A stretch of 64,000 bases of DNA from Desulfarculales bacterium UBA702. Its GTDB lineage: Bacteria; Desulfobacterota; Syntrophobacteria; Syntrophobacterales; Syntrophobacteraceae. Of this stretch, positions 35,610 through 44,641 are shown in pieces. The stretch is from assembly GCA_002298165.1 (NCBI GenBank), contig DBMI01000041.1, positions 51 to 64,050 on the forward strand. The letters run 5' to 3'. Position numbers and translations under genes: made by a program. Every line of letters begins with the position of its first letter. Position 1 is the stretch's first letter. The notes below the pieces were generated by a model that had not been told where the DNA came from, made no database searches, and saw only the letters and a program-made list of their open reading frames with translations.

Positions 35610-35683
35610 TGCCCCCGACAGGACTCGAACCTGTGGCACCAAGATTAGGAATCTTGTGCTCTATCCACCTGAGCTACGGGGGC
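35610..35683 (-). tRNA. tRNA-Arg (anticodon CCT)
   Basis: Hand-folded cloverleaf: acceptor GCCCCCG/CGGGGGC, D-arm GCTC-AGGTGGATA-GAGC, anticodon arm CAAGA-TTCCTAA-TCTTG, T-arm ACAGG-TTCGAGT-CCTGT. 74 nt. Confidence 0.9.
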
Positions 35684-35755
35684 GAAGGCTGAAATTTACT
35701 CAATCTGAGCGAATCCCGCAAGACCTTTTCAGATTCTTTAAGGCGGCGACAAACT

Positions 35756-36184
35756 TTAGCTGCGCCCAAGCAGTTCATTAGGGTCAACCTCGGCCTTGCA
35801 CCGGGGGCAGGTTATGATTTCGGAGCTCTTTCCGCAAGTGTCGCATTTCTCGACGATATAACGCTCCTTTTTTTGATAATTATCGCACGAAACGCAATGC
35901 CACTTCTGGAATAGAGATATTTTCACACCGCAATTCGGGCAGGACTGGTAAGTTTCAGGTTTGTATCTCCTACCGATGAAAAAGCTCAGCAGTGCAATGA
36001 TTAAAAAGGTCCCGGCAAGAATAAGGAATGCAAGCTCGGATAAGCCAAACCTGTATTCGAAAAAATCAAGTCCCATGAAGGCAGCGAAAAGGAGCGCGAA
36101 GAAATTAAAGATAAGCGCAAATACTCGCGAGAGGGTTAATCTTTGACGTAAACTATTATTTATAGCCATTTTCCAGTCTACCAA
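35756..36184 (-). CDS. membrane protein with double zinc-ribbon C-terminus
   Basis: Two N-terminal TM helices followed by CPNC..CVSC and CDTC..CPRC pairs. Confidence 0.55.
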   Translation of the reverse strand: MVDWKMAINNSLRQRLTLSRVFALIFNFFALLFAAFMGLDFFEYRFGLSELAFLILAGTFLIIALLSFFIGRRYKPETYQSCPNCGVKISLFQKWHCVSCDNYQKKERYIVEKCDTCGKSSEIITCPRCKAEVDPNELLGRS

Positions 36185-36249
36185 AAAATTGAAGTTATAT
36201 TTCTTTGAAGCGGGATAATCTCCCGCTTGCTTCGTTCGTTTCCGATACG

Positions 36250-36930
36250 CTATCTCACCGCACCCAGTACGACATCCAGGCCCCGGATGAGTTGATCCAG
36301 GGTAAGTCGAGGGCCGAGTTCTGGAACAACAATGTGCATCTGCATACTTCTAAATAGTCCTCGGAGAAGCAGTAGAGCCGTCTCGATTTTTACTTCATCC
36401 GGGCCTTCCCCGTCGACCGGGAAGCTTTCCCCTTCCGAGCGGGCCAGGAGCATTTCTCTGAGTACAAGGTGAAGCGACTCGATCTTCGGGCCTAAATCGT
36501 AGTCCGGAGCGGCGGCAGTGGGAGAGTAGAAAATCAGGTTTACGAGTCGAAGCAGGTCGACGTTTCCCTCGAACAGTTGGATAGCCTCGCTGAAGAGGTT
36601 TATCAGGCGATCCCTTCTCGTGCCGCGAAAGGCCAGAGACCTCTCCAAAAGCTGAGAAAAGGTGGCCATCGCCATATCAATAAGCTTAACATAGAGATCT
36701 TCTTTGTTGCTGAAATAATAATACAAGGCGGGCTTGGTCACACCTGCGCTTTCGACTATTTCCCGTACCGCTGTTCCACTGTAGCCCTTTGTCGCAAACA
36801 GGCGCGCCGCGGCGAAGTAGATGCGATACTTGGTCCGATGTTCCTCGACCGTTGCGCCTGGATAAAACTTCTCGACAATTCCCCAGTCGATTTTTTGCGC
36901 CGGCGCGGCGGGATTTTGTGAAGAAGGCAT
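36250..36930 (-). CDS. TetR/AcrR-family transcriptional regulator
   Basis: HTH region AAARLFATKGYSGTAVREIVESAGVTKPALYYYFSNKEDLY. Confidence 0.88.
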   Translation of the reverse strand: MPSSQNPAAPAQKIDWGIVEKFYPGATVEEHRTKYRIYFAAARLFATKGYSGTAVREIVESAGVTKPALYYYFSNKEDLYVKLIDMAMATFSQLLERSLAFRGTRRDRLINLFSEAIQLFEGNVDLLRLVNLIFYSPTAAAPDYDLGPKIESLHLVLREMLLARSEGESFPVDGEGPDEVKIETALLLLRGLFRSMQMHIVVPELGPRLTLDQLIRGLDVVLGAVR

Positions 36931-37058
36931 TTGCGTGCATCCTTTGGGTGTATTGAAGCGAGGGCTGAGCTACCGGTAGGTAGTTCGAACGTTAACCCCC
37001 GCCAAACACCTTGTCAAGGGACTCGGCAAAAGGGGACCTGCAGCGGATTGGCCGGCCT

Positions 37059-38306
37059 TCAGTTCGCGCCGATCTTTCCGGCGTTCGTGTGGACTAGAAT
37101 GTAGTCGCGGACGACTTCAGCCGCAATGCGGTGCGCGAGAGGTGTCCAGTGGAGGTCGCGGGGGAAATAGAAGGGTTCTCCGTTTATTCCGGTTTCGGGC
37201 TGAGCCGCCCTCATTGCATTGGTTGGATCGACCATGTCGATGCCAAGCCTTGCACAGATCTCCTCCATTGCTGAAAAATAAGCCGATTTGAGTTTGGACT
37301 TAAGCTCTCCGGCATCTGCAGCGTAGATAACGAAAAGTTCTGCCCCGTGCGATTCGCAGGCAGCTCTCATTTCAGTAAGCTGATTTTCCATTATGCGAAT
37401 GTCGTCTGCCGACAAGCTCGGTGTCTTTCCATCCACAATCACCGGTGAAACGGGCGGCTCCGCAGCGCCTTCAGGCGGCTGAGTTCCGGGTGTCCGGGCT
37501 GGCTGAGCAGGCACTTTTTGCGCATGGGCAGGACCGGCGGGTAAATTCGACGGTATTGCTGCCTCAGCGGACTTCCCGCCTCCTTCTCCAAAATTTATGT
37601 TCCTTGTTCCATCTTTTATTATCTGCTTGAAAAAAGGAGCGGCAGTGGAGTCCCAGTAGTACGCAAGAAAGGATGCGACATACGAATAGCTTCTTAGTTT
37701 CCGGGACATGCCTCCCAGAACAGGACTTTCGACGGGATAATTATTAAGAGCCACCTTCCCGTTCTGAACGCTGCAAAACGGCCGCCTTAGCATTCGTCCA
37801 TCGACATTATCACTAAAATCATTATAGAAAAACATCACTCCGACAAGAGAAGGCTTATCGAGAGGAAGGCGCTTTTTCAGCAAAATATTTTCCTGGACCG
37901 TGCCGTACTTGGTCACCCCCCGGTTCAATACCCGGAATCGCTCGCCGAGTTTCTCCTGCAAAAAATCCGTAAAAACCTCTCCCTGCGATACTCCCCATCC
38001 CCAAAGGAATGAGTCTCCCATGAACAGCACGCGAGTTGCCGAATCAACCGGACGAACCCTCGATTCCATTTTTCGAAATCCATTTTCGTCAGTCGATATG
38101 ACCGCATCGAAGTCATCCCTTTTGAACCTTGCGGTAAACGAGGGATTAAGGACCCAGCCGAGTTCTTTGTCACCTCTGTGAAAAGCATTGAGGATGTTGA
38201 AATAGGGCACGCTCCTGCTGCCGATCCTGAGCGCCGCTTCGGCCAATATTAGTGAGGCTACGAAGGAGAGCAGAATGGTTATGAGCGGGAAAATCGCTTT
38301 CTTCAT
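37059..38306 (-). CDS. SGNH/GDSL-type hydrolase-like exported protein with Pro/Ala-rich insert
   Basis: N-terminal TM/signal sequence, block I VLFMGDSFLWGWG, C-terminal D-x-x-H (DLHWTP). Internal low-complexity PAQPARTPGTQPPEGAAEPP. Confidence 0.6.
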   Translation of the reverse strand: MKKAIFPLITILLSFVASLILAEAALRIGSRSVPYFNILNAFHRGDKELGWVLNPSFTARFKRDDFDAVISTDENGFRKMESRVRPVDSATRVLFMGDSFLWGWGVSQGEVFTDFLQEKLGERFRVLNRGVTKYGTVQENILLKKRLPLDKPSLVGVMFFYNDFSDNVDGRMLRRPFCSVQNGKVALNNYPVESPVLGGMSRKLRSYSYVASFLAYYWDSTAAPFFKQIIKDGTRNINFGEGGGKSAEAAIPSNLPAGPAHAQKVPAQPARTPGTQPPEGAAEPPVSPVIVDGKTPSLSADDIRIMENQLTEMRAACESHGAELFVIYAADAGELKSKLKSAYFSAMEEICARLGIDMVDPTNAMRAAQPETGINGEPFYFPRDLHWTPLAHRIAAEVVRDYILVHTNAGKIGAN

Positions 38307-38348
38307 GATCGCCGAGGGGCCTTTCAGGAAATCCTACCCACCCTGAGA

Positions 38349-38891
38349 TCAGGACGGGGACCGAATTAATGTGATGCATACCCGCCGGTTTGCCAGTCGT
38401 CCGGCATCCGTTGCGTTCGAAGCCGCCGGTTTGGACTCGCCCCAACCGCGGGCGGTTATCCTTGAAGCGTCCACCCCACCTGCCATCAGCGCCTCTTTTA
38501 CTGATGCGGCCCGCATCTCGGAGAGCACCATGTTGTCCTCTTCGGATAGAATGCAGTCGGTGTGGGCATCAACCTTTATCTCTGTTTCAGGATGTGCTTT
38601 TAAAATATCGGCCAGTTCGTCCAGTCCATGTGCAGGCGGCATTATTCGCTCGGAATTCCGATCGAAAAGGCTGTCGCAACGGAAAGTGATCCTGATGTAT
38701 TCCGGGCTTTGCTCGATGCTTATCCCTTCAACCCTTCCAAGGCGGGTCTGACATTCGACCCGCTGCTTTTCGAAAGCAGTAAGGGGTTTGCCTCCGGAAA
38801 GACCCTGATCGGGAGCCTGGCCGAAAAAACCCGCGCACGCGGAGAGTGCAATCGAATAGAATAGTAAAATAACCGGCAGCTTGCGATTCAT
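38349..38891 (-). CDS. OmpA-family (peptidoglycan-binding) lipoprotein
   Basis: Lipobox ALSAC. C-terminal OmpA-like domain (VDAHTD..., EMRAASVKEAL, GWGESKP, NRRVCITL). Start moved to MNRKLPV. Confidence 0.8.
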   Translation of the reverse strand: MNRKLPVILLFYSIALSACAGFFGQAPDQGLSGGKPLTAFEKQRVECQTRLGRVEGISIEQSPEYIRITFRCDSLFDRNSERIMPPAHGLDELADILKAHPETEIKVDAHTDCILSEEDNMVLSEMRAASVKEALMAGGVDASRITARGWGESKPAASNATDAGRLANRRVCITLIRSPS

Positions 38892-39060
38892 ACCCAGCCT
38901 TTCCGGGCTTTGCCCGAACTCCCTCATGCGGTGCATCTCTCGTGAAACACCATCCCCTCCTCCGGGACAGTGAATAACAGAATTGCTTTTTTTATGCAAT
39001 TACGCTGGGCCTCCAGCCGGAATAGTCGAATGCCGGCTCTTCAGCCAAAACGAAAAAATT

Positions 39061-39687
39061 ATGGAACTTTTTTCCTCCACCTGCGTATTTAGGTTTAACC
39101 GATGCAAGAAAGGGCGGCTGAAGGTGGACGACAGGCAGGCGATTAAACGCATTCAAAATGGTGATACGGAAGCCTTTGCAATTCTGGTTGAACGATACCA
39201 CCGAAATCTTCTCAATTTCATATACCGGCTTATCGGAGATGAAAGTCTGGTCGAAGATCTGGGGCAGGAGGTATTCATCACTATATTCAGGAAGTTACCG
39301 GAATTCGACATTGATCGGGGAGTTCCTTTTGCGGCCTGGCTTTTCATTGCCGCTCGAAATCGATGCGCCTCCCATCTCCGCGCATCTGGGCAGCGCCGCT
39401 TCGTCGACCTCGATGCGATAGCGGAACTGTCATCAAATGAGCAATCCGCTGAAGATGCTCTCCTGGCCAGGGAACGCCATGATGCCCTGCTAAAGTCTTT
39501 GGAAATACTACCCGAACCGTTCAGGGCAACTTTGCTCCAGAGTCTGGAAGGAAATTCCGTGGAGGAGATCGCGCTGGCCCAGGGTCTTCCCCCCGGAACC
39601 ATCAAGTCCAGGCTCTTCCGTGCGAAGGAACGAGTCGGTGCCATACTGGGAAAAATGCGCAAAGGAGAACTTCGTGAAAGAATATGA
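39061..39687 (+). CDS. ECF (sigma-70 family group 4) sigma factor
   Basis: Region 2 FAILVERYHRNLLNFIYRLIGDESLVEDLGQEVFITIF and region 4 SVEEIALAQGLPPGTIKSRLFRAKE. The start is uncertain (39061 or later). Confidence 0.85.
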   Translation: MELFSSTCVFRFNRCKKGRLKVDDRQAIKRIQNGDTEAFAILVERYHRNLLNFIYRLIGDESLVEDLGQEVFITIFRKLPEFDIDRGVPFAAWLFIAARNRCASHLRASGQRRFVDLDAIAELSSNEQSAEDALLARERHDALLKSLEILPEPFRATLLQSLEGNSVEEIALAQGLPPGTIKSRLFRAKERVGAILGKMRKGELRERI

Positions 39688-39886
39688 ACCATCACCTCAT
39701 TTTGTCGCTCGCGTAATGAACATGGTTCACGCCGAGAAGTCGGGCAACGAGTATACAACCCTCTGGTCGCTTTCATTGTCATCCACGCCGCTTAGATATT
39801 CGGTGGCGATTGGCGGCGCGCTGGTAACCATTGGGAACCTGCTTCGTATTCTAGCCCCATTTTTCACCCCGGCGCTTTGCCGCTAG
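39674..39886 (+). CDS. putative small anti-sigma factor (membrane-anchored)
   Basis: GTG start with AAAGGAG RBS, overlapping the sigma gene stop. 70 aa with one C-terminal TM helix. Confidence 0.5.
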   Translation: MKEYEPSPHFVARVMNMVHAEKSGNEYTTLWSLSLSSTPLRYSVAIGGALVTIGNLLRILAPFFTPALCR

Positions 39887-39916
39887 CCCGGGATTGGATT
39901 TGGAAGGGAGCACATC

Positions 39917-40711
39917 ATGAAACTTTCAGGATTTTCAAGTAAAAATATAAGATGGCCGGCTATTATCCTCGGCATGACGATGCCCGGCCTTGGTCAGATC
40001 CATAATGGCGAACTGCTCAAGGGGCTATGCTTTTTCGCGATATATCAAATGATTGCCATAGCGGGACTGCGCTCCGTCGTGCTGCTTCCCGACAACCTGC
40101 TGGTCGCCGCTACAGGGTTGGTCCTTTTCCTGGTAATCGCTTTTTACCTGTGGACAATCGCCGAGGCCGCCCGCAAGAAAATCCCCGGCGCGGAACCCGG
40201 GAAGTACAACCGCTGGTATTTCTACCTTGCGATCTGGCTGATATGCATGGCTGGAATCAATAGCTTGACGATTCATTATGTTAAATCATCGTCCATCGAG
40301 GCGTTCAAAATAGCAGGTCAAAGCATGCAGCCGGCTGTGCTGCGCGGAGACTTCGTGCTGGTCGACAAAACTGCATACCAGCGCCACGCACCTTGTTTGA
40401 ACGATGTGGTAGTCCTCACAAATCCAGACAATCGCAGCATGGTGCTTCTTCGCAAAATCGCAGCTCTGCCCGGCCAGCCGTTACCCGAACCAACCGAGGG
40501 GCATGCAAAGGTCCCTCATGGTATGGTGTACGTATCCGGCGAGAACCCCGAAGCAACAGGCAGCGCCTATTTCGGCTTCATTCCGCTCCGCGACCTGCTC
40601 GGAAAAGCCCGGCAGGTTTACTGGTCCTCGGGATCGGACGGAATCAGGTGGGATAGAATCGGAATGAAAGTATCGCCACGAAATGAATGTTCTCAAGGGC
40701 AGCCAAAATGA
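39917..40711 (+). CDS. lepB: signal peptidase I (S26) with extended N-terminal membrane domain
   Basis: Ser box GQSMQPAV and Lys box LLRKIAALPGQ. The N-terminal PGLGQIHNGE..KG membrane module is present. Box E is atypical (GENPEATGSAYFG). Confidence 0.75.
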   Translation: MKLSGFSSKNIRWPAIILGMTMPGLGQIHNGELLKGLCFFAIYQMIAIAGLRSVVLLPDNLLVAATGLVLFLVIAFYLWTIAEAARKKIPGAEPGKYNRWYFYLAIWLICMAGINSLTIHYVKSSSIEAFKIAGQSMQPAVLRGDFVLVDKTAYQRHAPCLNDVVVLTNPDNRSMVLLRKIAALPGQPLPEPTEGHAKVPHGMVYVSGENPEATGSAYFGFIPLRDLLGKARQVYWSSGSDGIRWDRIGMKVSPRNECSQGQPK

Positions 40712-40729
40712 ATTAGCAGTGACACACTT

Positions 40730-42511
40730 TTAAGCCGCTCTCAAAAGCCTTGGCGTAACCAGCCCATTGGTTTGTTTTTCAACCAATGAAGCATAATAGC
40801 CGCACCGATTCATCAATTCTTCGTGCCGGCCTTGGTCGATTATCTCTCCGTTCCGTATTACGAATATACGGTCGGCTTTAACCACCGTGTGGAGCCGATG
40901 AGCTATTATAAAGGTGGTGCGGCCGACGATCAGTTTGTCCAGCGCATCCTGGATCAGAGCCTCGCACTCGGCATCCAGGGCGGAAGTGGCTTCATCCAGG
41001 ATCAGTATCCGTGGCTGCTTCAGGAGCGCGCGGGCTATGGCGATTCTTTGCCTCTGGCCGGCGGACAAGCGGCTTCCCAGTTCACCGACCGGTGTGTTGT
41101 AGCCCTCGGGCAAATTCATAATGAAATCATGGGCGTTGGCGGCCCGCGCGGCTGCTTCGATTTCCTCGGGCTGCGCCGACGGTCTGCCGTAGGCGATATT
41201 GCTTGCAACTGTATCATTAAAGAGGATGCTTTCCTGGGGCACACATCCAATCTGCCGGCGAAGCGATGCCTTGCTTATTTGCCTGATATCCATTCCATCC
41301 AGGCAGATTCTGCCCGAGGTCGGGTTTTCGAAATGCTGGAGAAGCGACATCAGCGTTGTTTTGCCGGCCCCGCTTGGGCCCACGAGTGCAACACATTCGC
41401 CGGCGCGCACATCTATATTGATATTGCTGATTGCCGGAGCAGCGCCACCGTACCCAAAAGTCACGTCTTCGAAAGACACATCACCGCTAATCATTTCACA
41501 GGAAATTGCGTCTATCGAATCCTGAAGAGGGTCCGGTGCCTCAAGTATTTCGAAGATCGATTTGAGATAAACCGATGATTTTCGAAGCGTCTGGTATGTT
41601 CCGGTCAAGCCCTGGACTGGGCCAAAGAGTCCCCCCATGTAGCTTATGAAGGCAACCACCGTGCCGATGCTCGTTTTGCCGTTTAGCACCAGGTAGCCAC
41701 CTAAAAGAATGGTCGCAACCCGGCCGAGCTTTACCGTGAAGCCAATCACCGAACTAAACGATGTATCCCTGGCAACCCCGCGAAGCACGATCCGGTTCGT
41801 CTCCCGGATTTCGCCCATGAACGACTGCCGTTCGGCCGCCTCCCGATCAAAGATTTTAACTATCGCTATGCCGGCCAGAACTTCATGAAAACGGGAAAAT
41901 ATCCTGGTCCAGTTCGAAAGGAGCCTCTGTTCGCGCTCGGTCTGCTCCCTGGCCGCCAGGGCCCCTATCAGCGTTGGCACCGGCGCAAACGCCAGCGCAA
42001 GCGCAAAGAGCCACTTATTCAAAAAGAACATGCTGACAAGGGATATCCCAAGATAGATGAGGTTTGGAAATATCTTCGTGGTCACCTCGGCGAATGCCTC
42101 CATGTAACCATCGATTGCGCGGTTCACCTGCGTCACGATTCCGCCGACACTCCGGTTGCGGAAAAATGAGAGGGGCAACGAATAGAGCTTATCGACTATT
42201 GCTTCCCGCAAGTTGTCGTTTACGGATATGCGAACGCGCCAGATCAACCAATTTAGCAACCCGCAGAAACACTGGCTCACCACGGCGACTATAACCAGTC
42301 CGGCAGCGGCAATGGCGAAGCTTTCAAGCCCGAGTCTCCCCCGACCCAACGAATCGAAAAGGAGCTTCATCAGTAGCGGTTCTATCGCATCCATTGCGGC
42401 TTGAAACACTGTGAACAGCATGATTACCACAATGGACCAGCGAAACGAATTTACGAAGCGGAGTGTTTTTCCGGCAAGCAAAAGGGTGCTTGCGCCCGAA
42501 TTTCCAGCCAA
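40730..42511 (-). CDS. ABC exporter, fused permease/ATPase (MsbA-like)
   Basis: Six-TM domain, then Walker A GPSGAGKTT, signature LSAGQRQRIAIARAL, Walker B ILILDEATSALD. Confidence 0.88.
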   Translation of the reverse strand: MAGNSGASTLLLAGKTLRFVNSFRWSIVVIMLFTVFQAAMDAIEPLLMKLLFDSLGRGRLGLESFAIAAAGLVIVAVVSQCFCGLLNWLIWRVRISVNDNLREAIVDKLYSLPLSFFRNRSVGGIVTQVNRAIDGYMEAFAEVTTKIFPNLIYLGISLVSMFFLNKWLFALALAFAPVPTLIGALAAREQTEREQRLLSNWTRIFSRFHEVLAGIAIVKIFDREAAERQSFMGEIRETNRIVLRGVARDTSFSSVIGFTVKLGRVATILLGGYLVLNGKTSIGTVVAFISYMGGLFGPVQGLTGTYQTLRKSSVYLKSIFEILEAPDPLQDSIDAISCEMISGDVSFEDVTFGYGGAAPAISNINIDVRAGECVALVGPSGAGKTTLMSLLQHFENPTSGRICLDGMDIRQISKASLRRQIGCVPQESILFNDTVASNIAYGRPSAQPEEIEAAARAANAHDFIMNLPEGYNTPVGELGSRLSAGQRQRIAIARALLKQPRILILDEATSALDAECEALIQDALDKLIVGRTTFIIAHRLHTVVKADRIFVIRNGEIIDQGRHEELMNRCGYYASLVEKQTNGLVTPRLLRAA

Positions 42512-43028
42512 CTTTTTCCTTTGAACACCTCGCGCCGGATTTTCCGGTTGAGCTTCTGAAATTTAGAACGCGCTGTCGCAGGAGTTTCAGCCCCAAAAAC
42601 CATTTCTCACCGACACCGGGACACACCTTTGCCGCAGCCGGGGCTGCACCGCGCAAAGAAGGCATAAAAAGCCCCTCCCACGTGAGACCGCCCCCATGAA
42701 TGGACTCGGCAGGCAAAAGCCGACTGATCCGGATTTGCCGGATCAATGCCCGTTCGATTTAAGAATATTGTGTATTAGTTAAGTCTGGGATGCTGATGAC
42801 TATAATTCTCCGCAAAACTGTGGTCAATTAAAATCTACGTTAAGAGGAGTAAATAGTTCGAGGCAGAAAAATCAGGCCAATTCAATGGATCTGGAGGACG
42901 GCCCATGTTCTTTTCTCGCGCGGACCTGAGGAAAGAAAGGATCTTTGTTGACAAAGATCGCCTTGATTTTATCGTATAATCAACAGCTTAATAATCATCG
43001 CGCTGCGAAGGTCCAGGACAGGAAAAGA

Positions 43029-43259
43029 ATGAAAATGAATCGTTTTCTCAGAATCGCCGCTGGTTTTATTTTCATATTGCTCAGTTTTACAGGAATATTG
43101 ATCCCTATCGTGCCATGGGTATTCTTATTTACCGGTTTGTTGCTTTTATCCCCCGAGTTTCCCTTGCTTGATCGAGTCAAGAGAAAGCTGAAAGCGCACT
43201 TTCCGAAATTCCAGCGAATTGAAGATCGAATCAGGCAGTACTGCCGCCAGTGTATTTGA
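43029..43259 (+). CDS. small two-TM membrane protein
   Basis: MKMNRFLRIAAGFIFILLSFTGILIPIVPWVFLFTGLLLL; no function recognised. Confidence 0.45.
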   Translation: MKMNRFLRIAAGFIFILLSFTGILIPIVPWVFLFTGLLLLSPEFPLLDRVKRKLKAHFPKFQRIEDRIRQYCRQCI

Positions 43260-43338
43260 TGACCGGGTCCGATTAAACAATAGGCAAGCGACAAACACTC
43301 GAACTGATACATCTACGCGGCCAGGATCAACCAGGGCA

Positions 43339-44127
43339 TTATTGGGGATTTTGGTGGGACAAGCTGACCAGGCGGTCTTCCCTGATCGACTTTTGCAAGC
43401 CGCTATCAGAGCTTATATGCGAATTCAGCCCTTCGAGTTCGGGCTTCTTTGACAGAAAATCGAGCACATCCTTCATCCGAAAATTATTCTTTTTGCGGTA
43501 GACGTTGTTGAATATCGTACGCAGCAGTTCGTAATCCTCGGGATAATCAAGGGTCCAACGCTTTCCCGAAAGATTCTCTACATTTTTGAGGTAACGTATA
43601 TTAAACAACCCCGGATTGTTCGCGATATATATCGTGATGTGTTCGCGTTCGGAGAAGCGGAGTGCGCTCTGCCAAACCCTTGTTAGTGTCTCGTTTGTGA
43701 GAATCTCGACATCCTGGCCGACAGGATAGGTACGCTGGATGGTATTGGAAGTGTAATCGGCGCCGGATTCCAGATGCACTCCGATGGCTTCATCGATAAT
43801 TTCCGGATCGATCATTGGACAGTCCGATTTGATCCGCACAACGTGGGAGGCACCGAAGAGTCTTGCCGCCTGGTAATAGCGCTCCAGAGGGTCTTCCTCG
43901 CAACCGCGGTAGACACTTACACCCATGTCAACGCATACTTTGACTATGGGCAGGTCTGCCACATTTACGGTGGTTGCAATGATGAGCTTGCCGGTCAGCT
44001 TGCTCTGGCTGACCCTGTCAATCACATGTTCGAGCACGGTTTTTCCGGCGAGGTCCATCAGGGGCTTCGAAGGCAGCCTGGTTGATCTCAAGCGGGCCTG
44101 GATGATGGTCAAAACTTCATTCTGCAA
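43339..44127 (-). CDS. cytidylyltransferase-family protein (SpsF / acylneuraminate cytidylyltransferase-like)
   Basis: IIQARLRSTRLPSKPL nucleotide-binding loop. TTG start with GGAGGG RBS chosen; the ORF extends to 44157. Confidence 0.7.
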   Translation of the reverse strand: MQNEVLTIIQARLRSTRLPSKPLMDLAGKTVLEHVIDRVSQSKLTGKLIIATTVNVADLPIVKVCVDMGVSVYRGCEEDPLERYYQAARLFGASHVVRIKSDCPMIDPEIIDEAIGVHLESGADYTSNTIQRTYPVGQDVEILTNETLTRVWQSALRFSEREHITIYIANNPGLFNIRYLKNVENLSGKRWTLDYPEDYELLRTIFNNVYRKKNNFRMKDVLDFLSKKPELEGLNSHISSDSGLQKSIREDRLVSLSHQNPQ

Positions 44128-44407
44128 TGTTACCCTCCAGTTTAGCCAGTGGCTCACCTGGTTAATCGGGCAACCTGAAACACGACTTTAGTTCAAAAAA
44201 TTCCTGGAGGCGAGGGGGACGTTCCCACATCAGGAGCAGGCCGGTAGATCTGGGATATTACGGCAGCAGCAATTTTGCACCTTCCTTGACACGCGTCCAA
44301 ACTCATTGCTTGCCGCTCCGAAAGTCACTAAGTTTGATTGTGTAGTCTCATTAAATGAAAAGCATTTCTTTTTCACCACGAAGAATTGAAGCGAAGGAGT
44401 GACAGTC

Positions 44408-44608
44408 ATGGGGGATCAGGTTTGTAAAGAGGCGTGTGATGAGGCCTTCAAGGATGGAATTACAGGTTGTTATGGACTTCTTGCCGATTGCCTGCTTACA
44501 GCGGCAGATGAGGAAGAGAAGGCGGGCTGCAAGGCAGCGTCTGTCTCATGTATGGAACTCAACAAGCAGGCCAGTAACATTTGTATGGACGAGTGTCAAA
44601 AATTGTAA
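44408..44608 (+). CDS. 66-aa acidic Cys-rich protein, unknown function
   Basis: AAGGAG RBS 7 nt before the ATG. 8 Cys (CKEAC, GC, DC, GC, SC, IC, EC). No signal peptide. Confidence 0.45.
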   Translation: MGDQVCKEACDEAFKDGITGCYGLLADCLLTAADEEEKAGCKAASVSCMELNKQASNICMDECQKL

Positions 44609-44641
44609 TCCGGCGATGGCCAGGCATGAGTTCCGCCAGCG

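Noticed and set aside
35459-35692. 77-aa ORF overlapping the tRNA-Arg gene
   Set aside because: It is explained by the tRNA and its terminator on the opposite strand.
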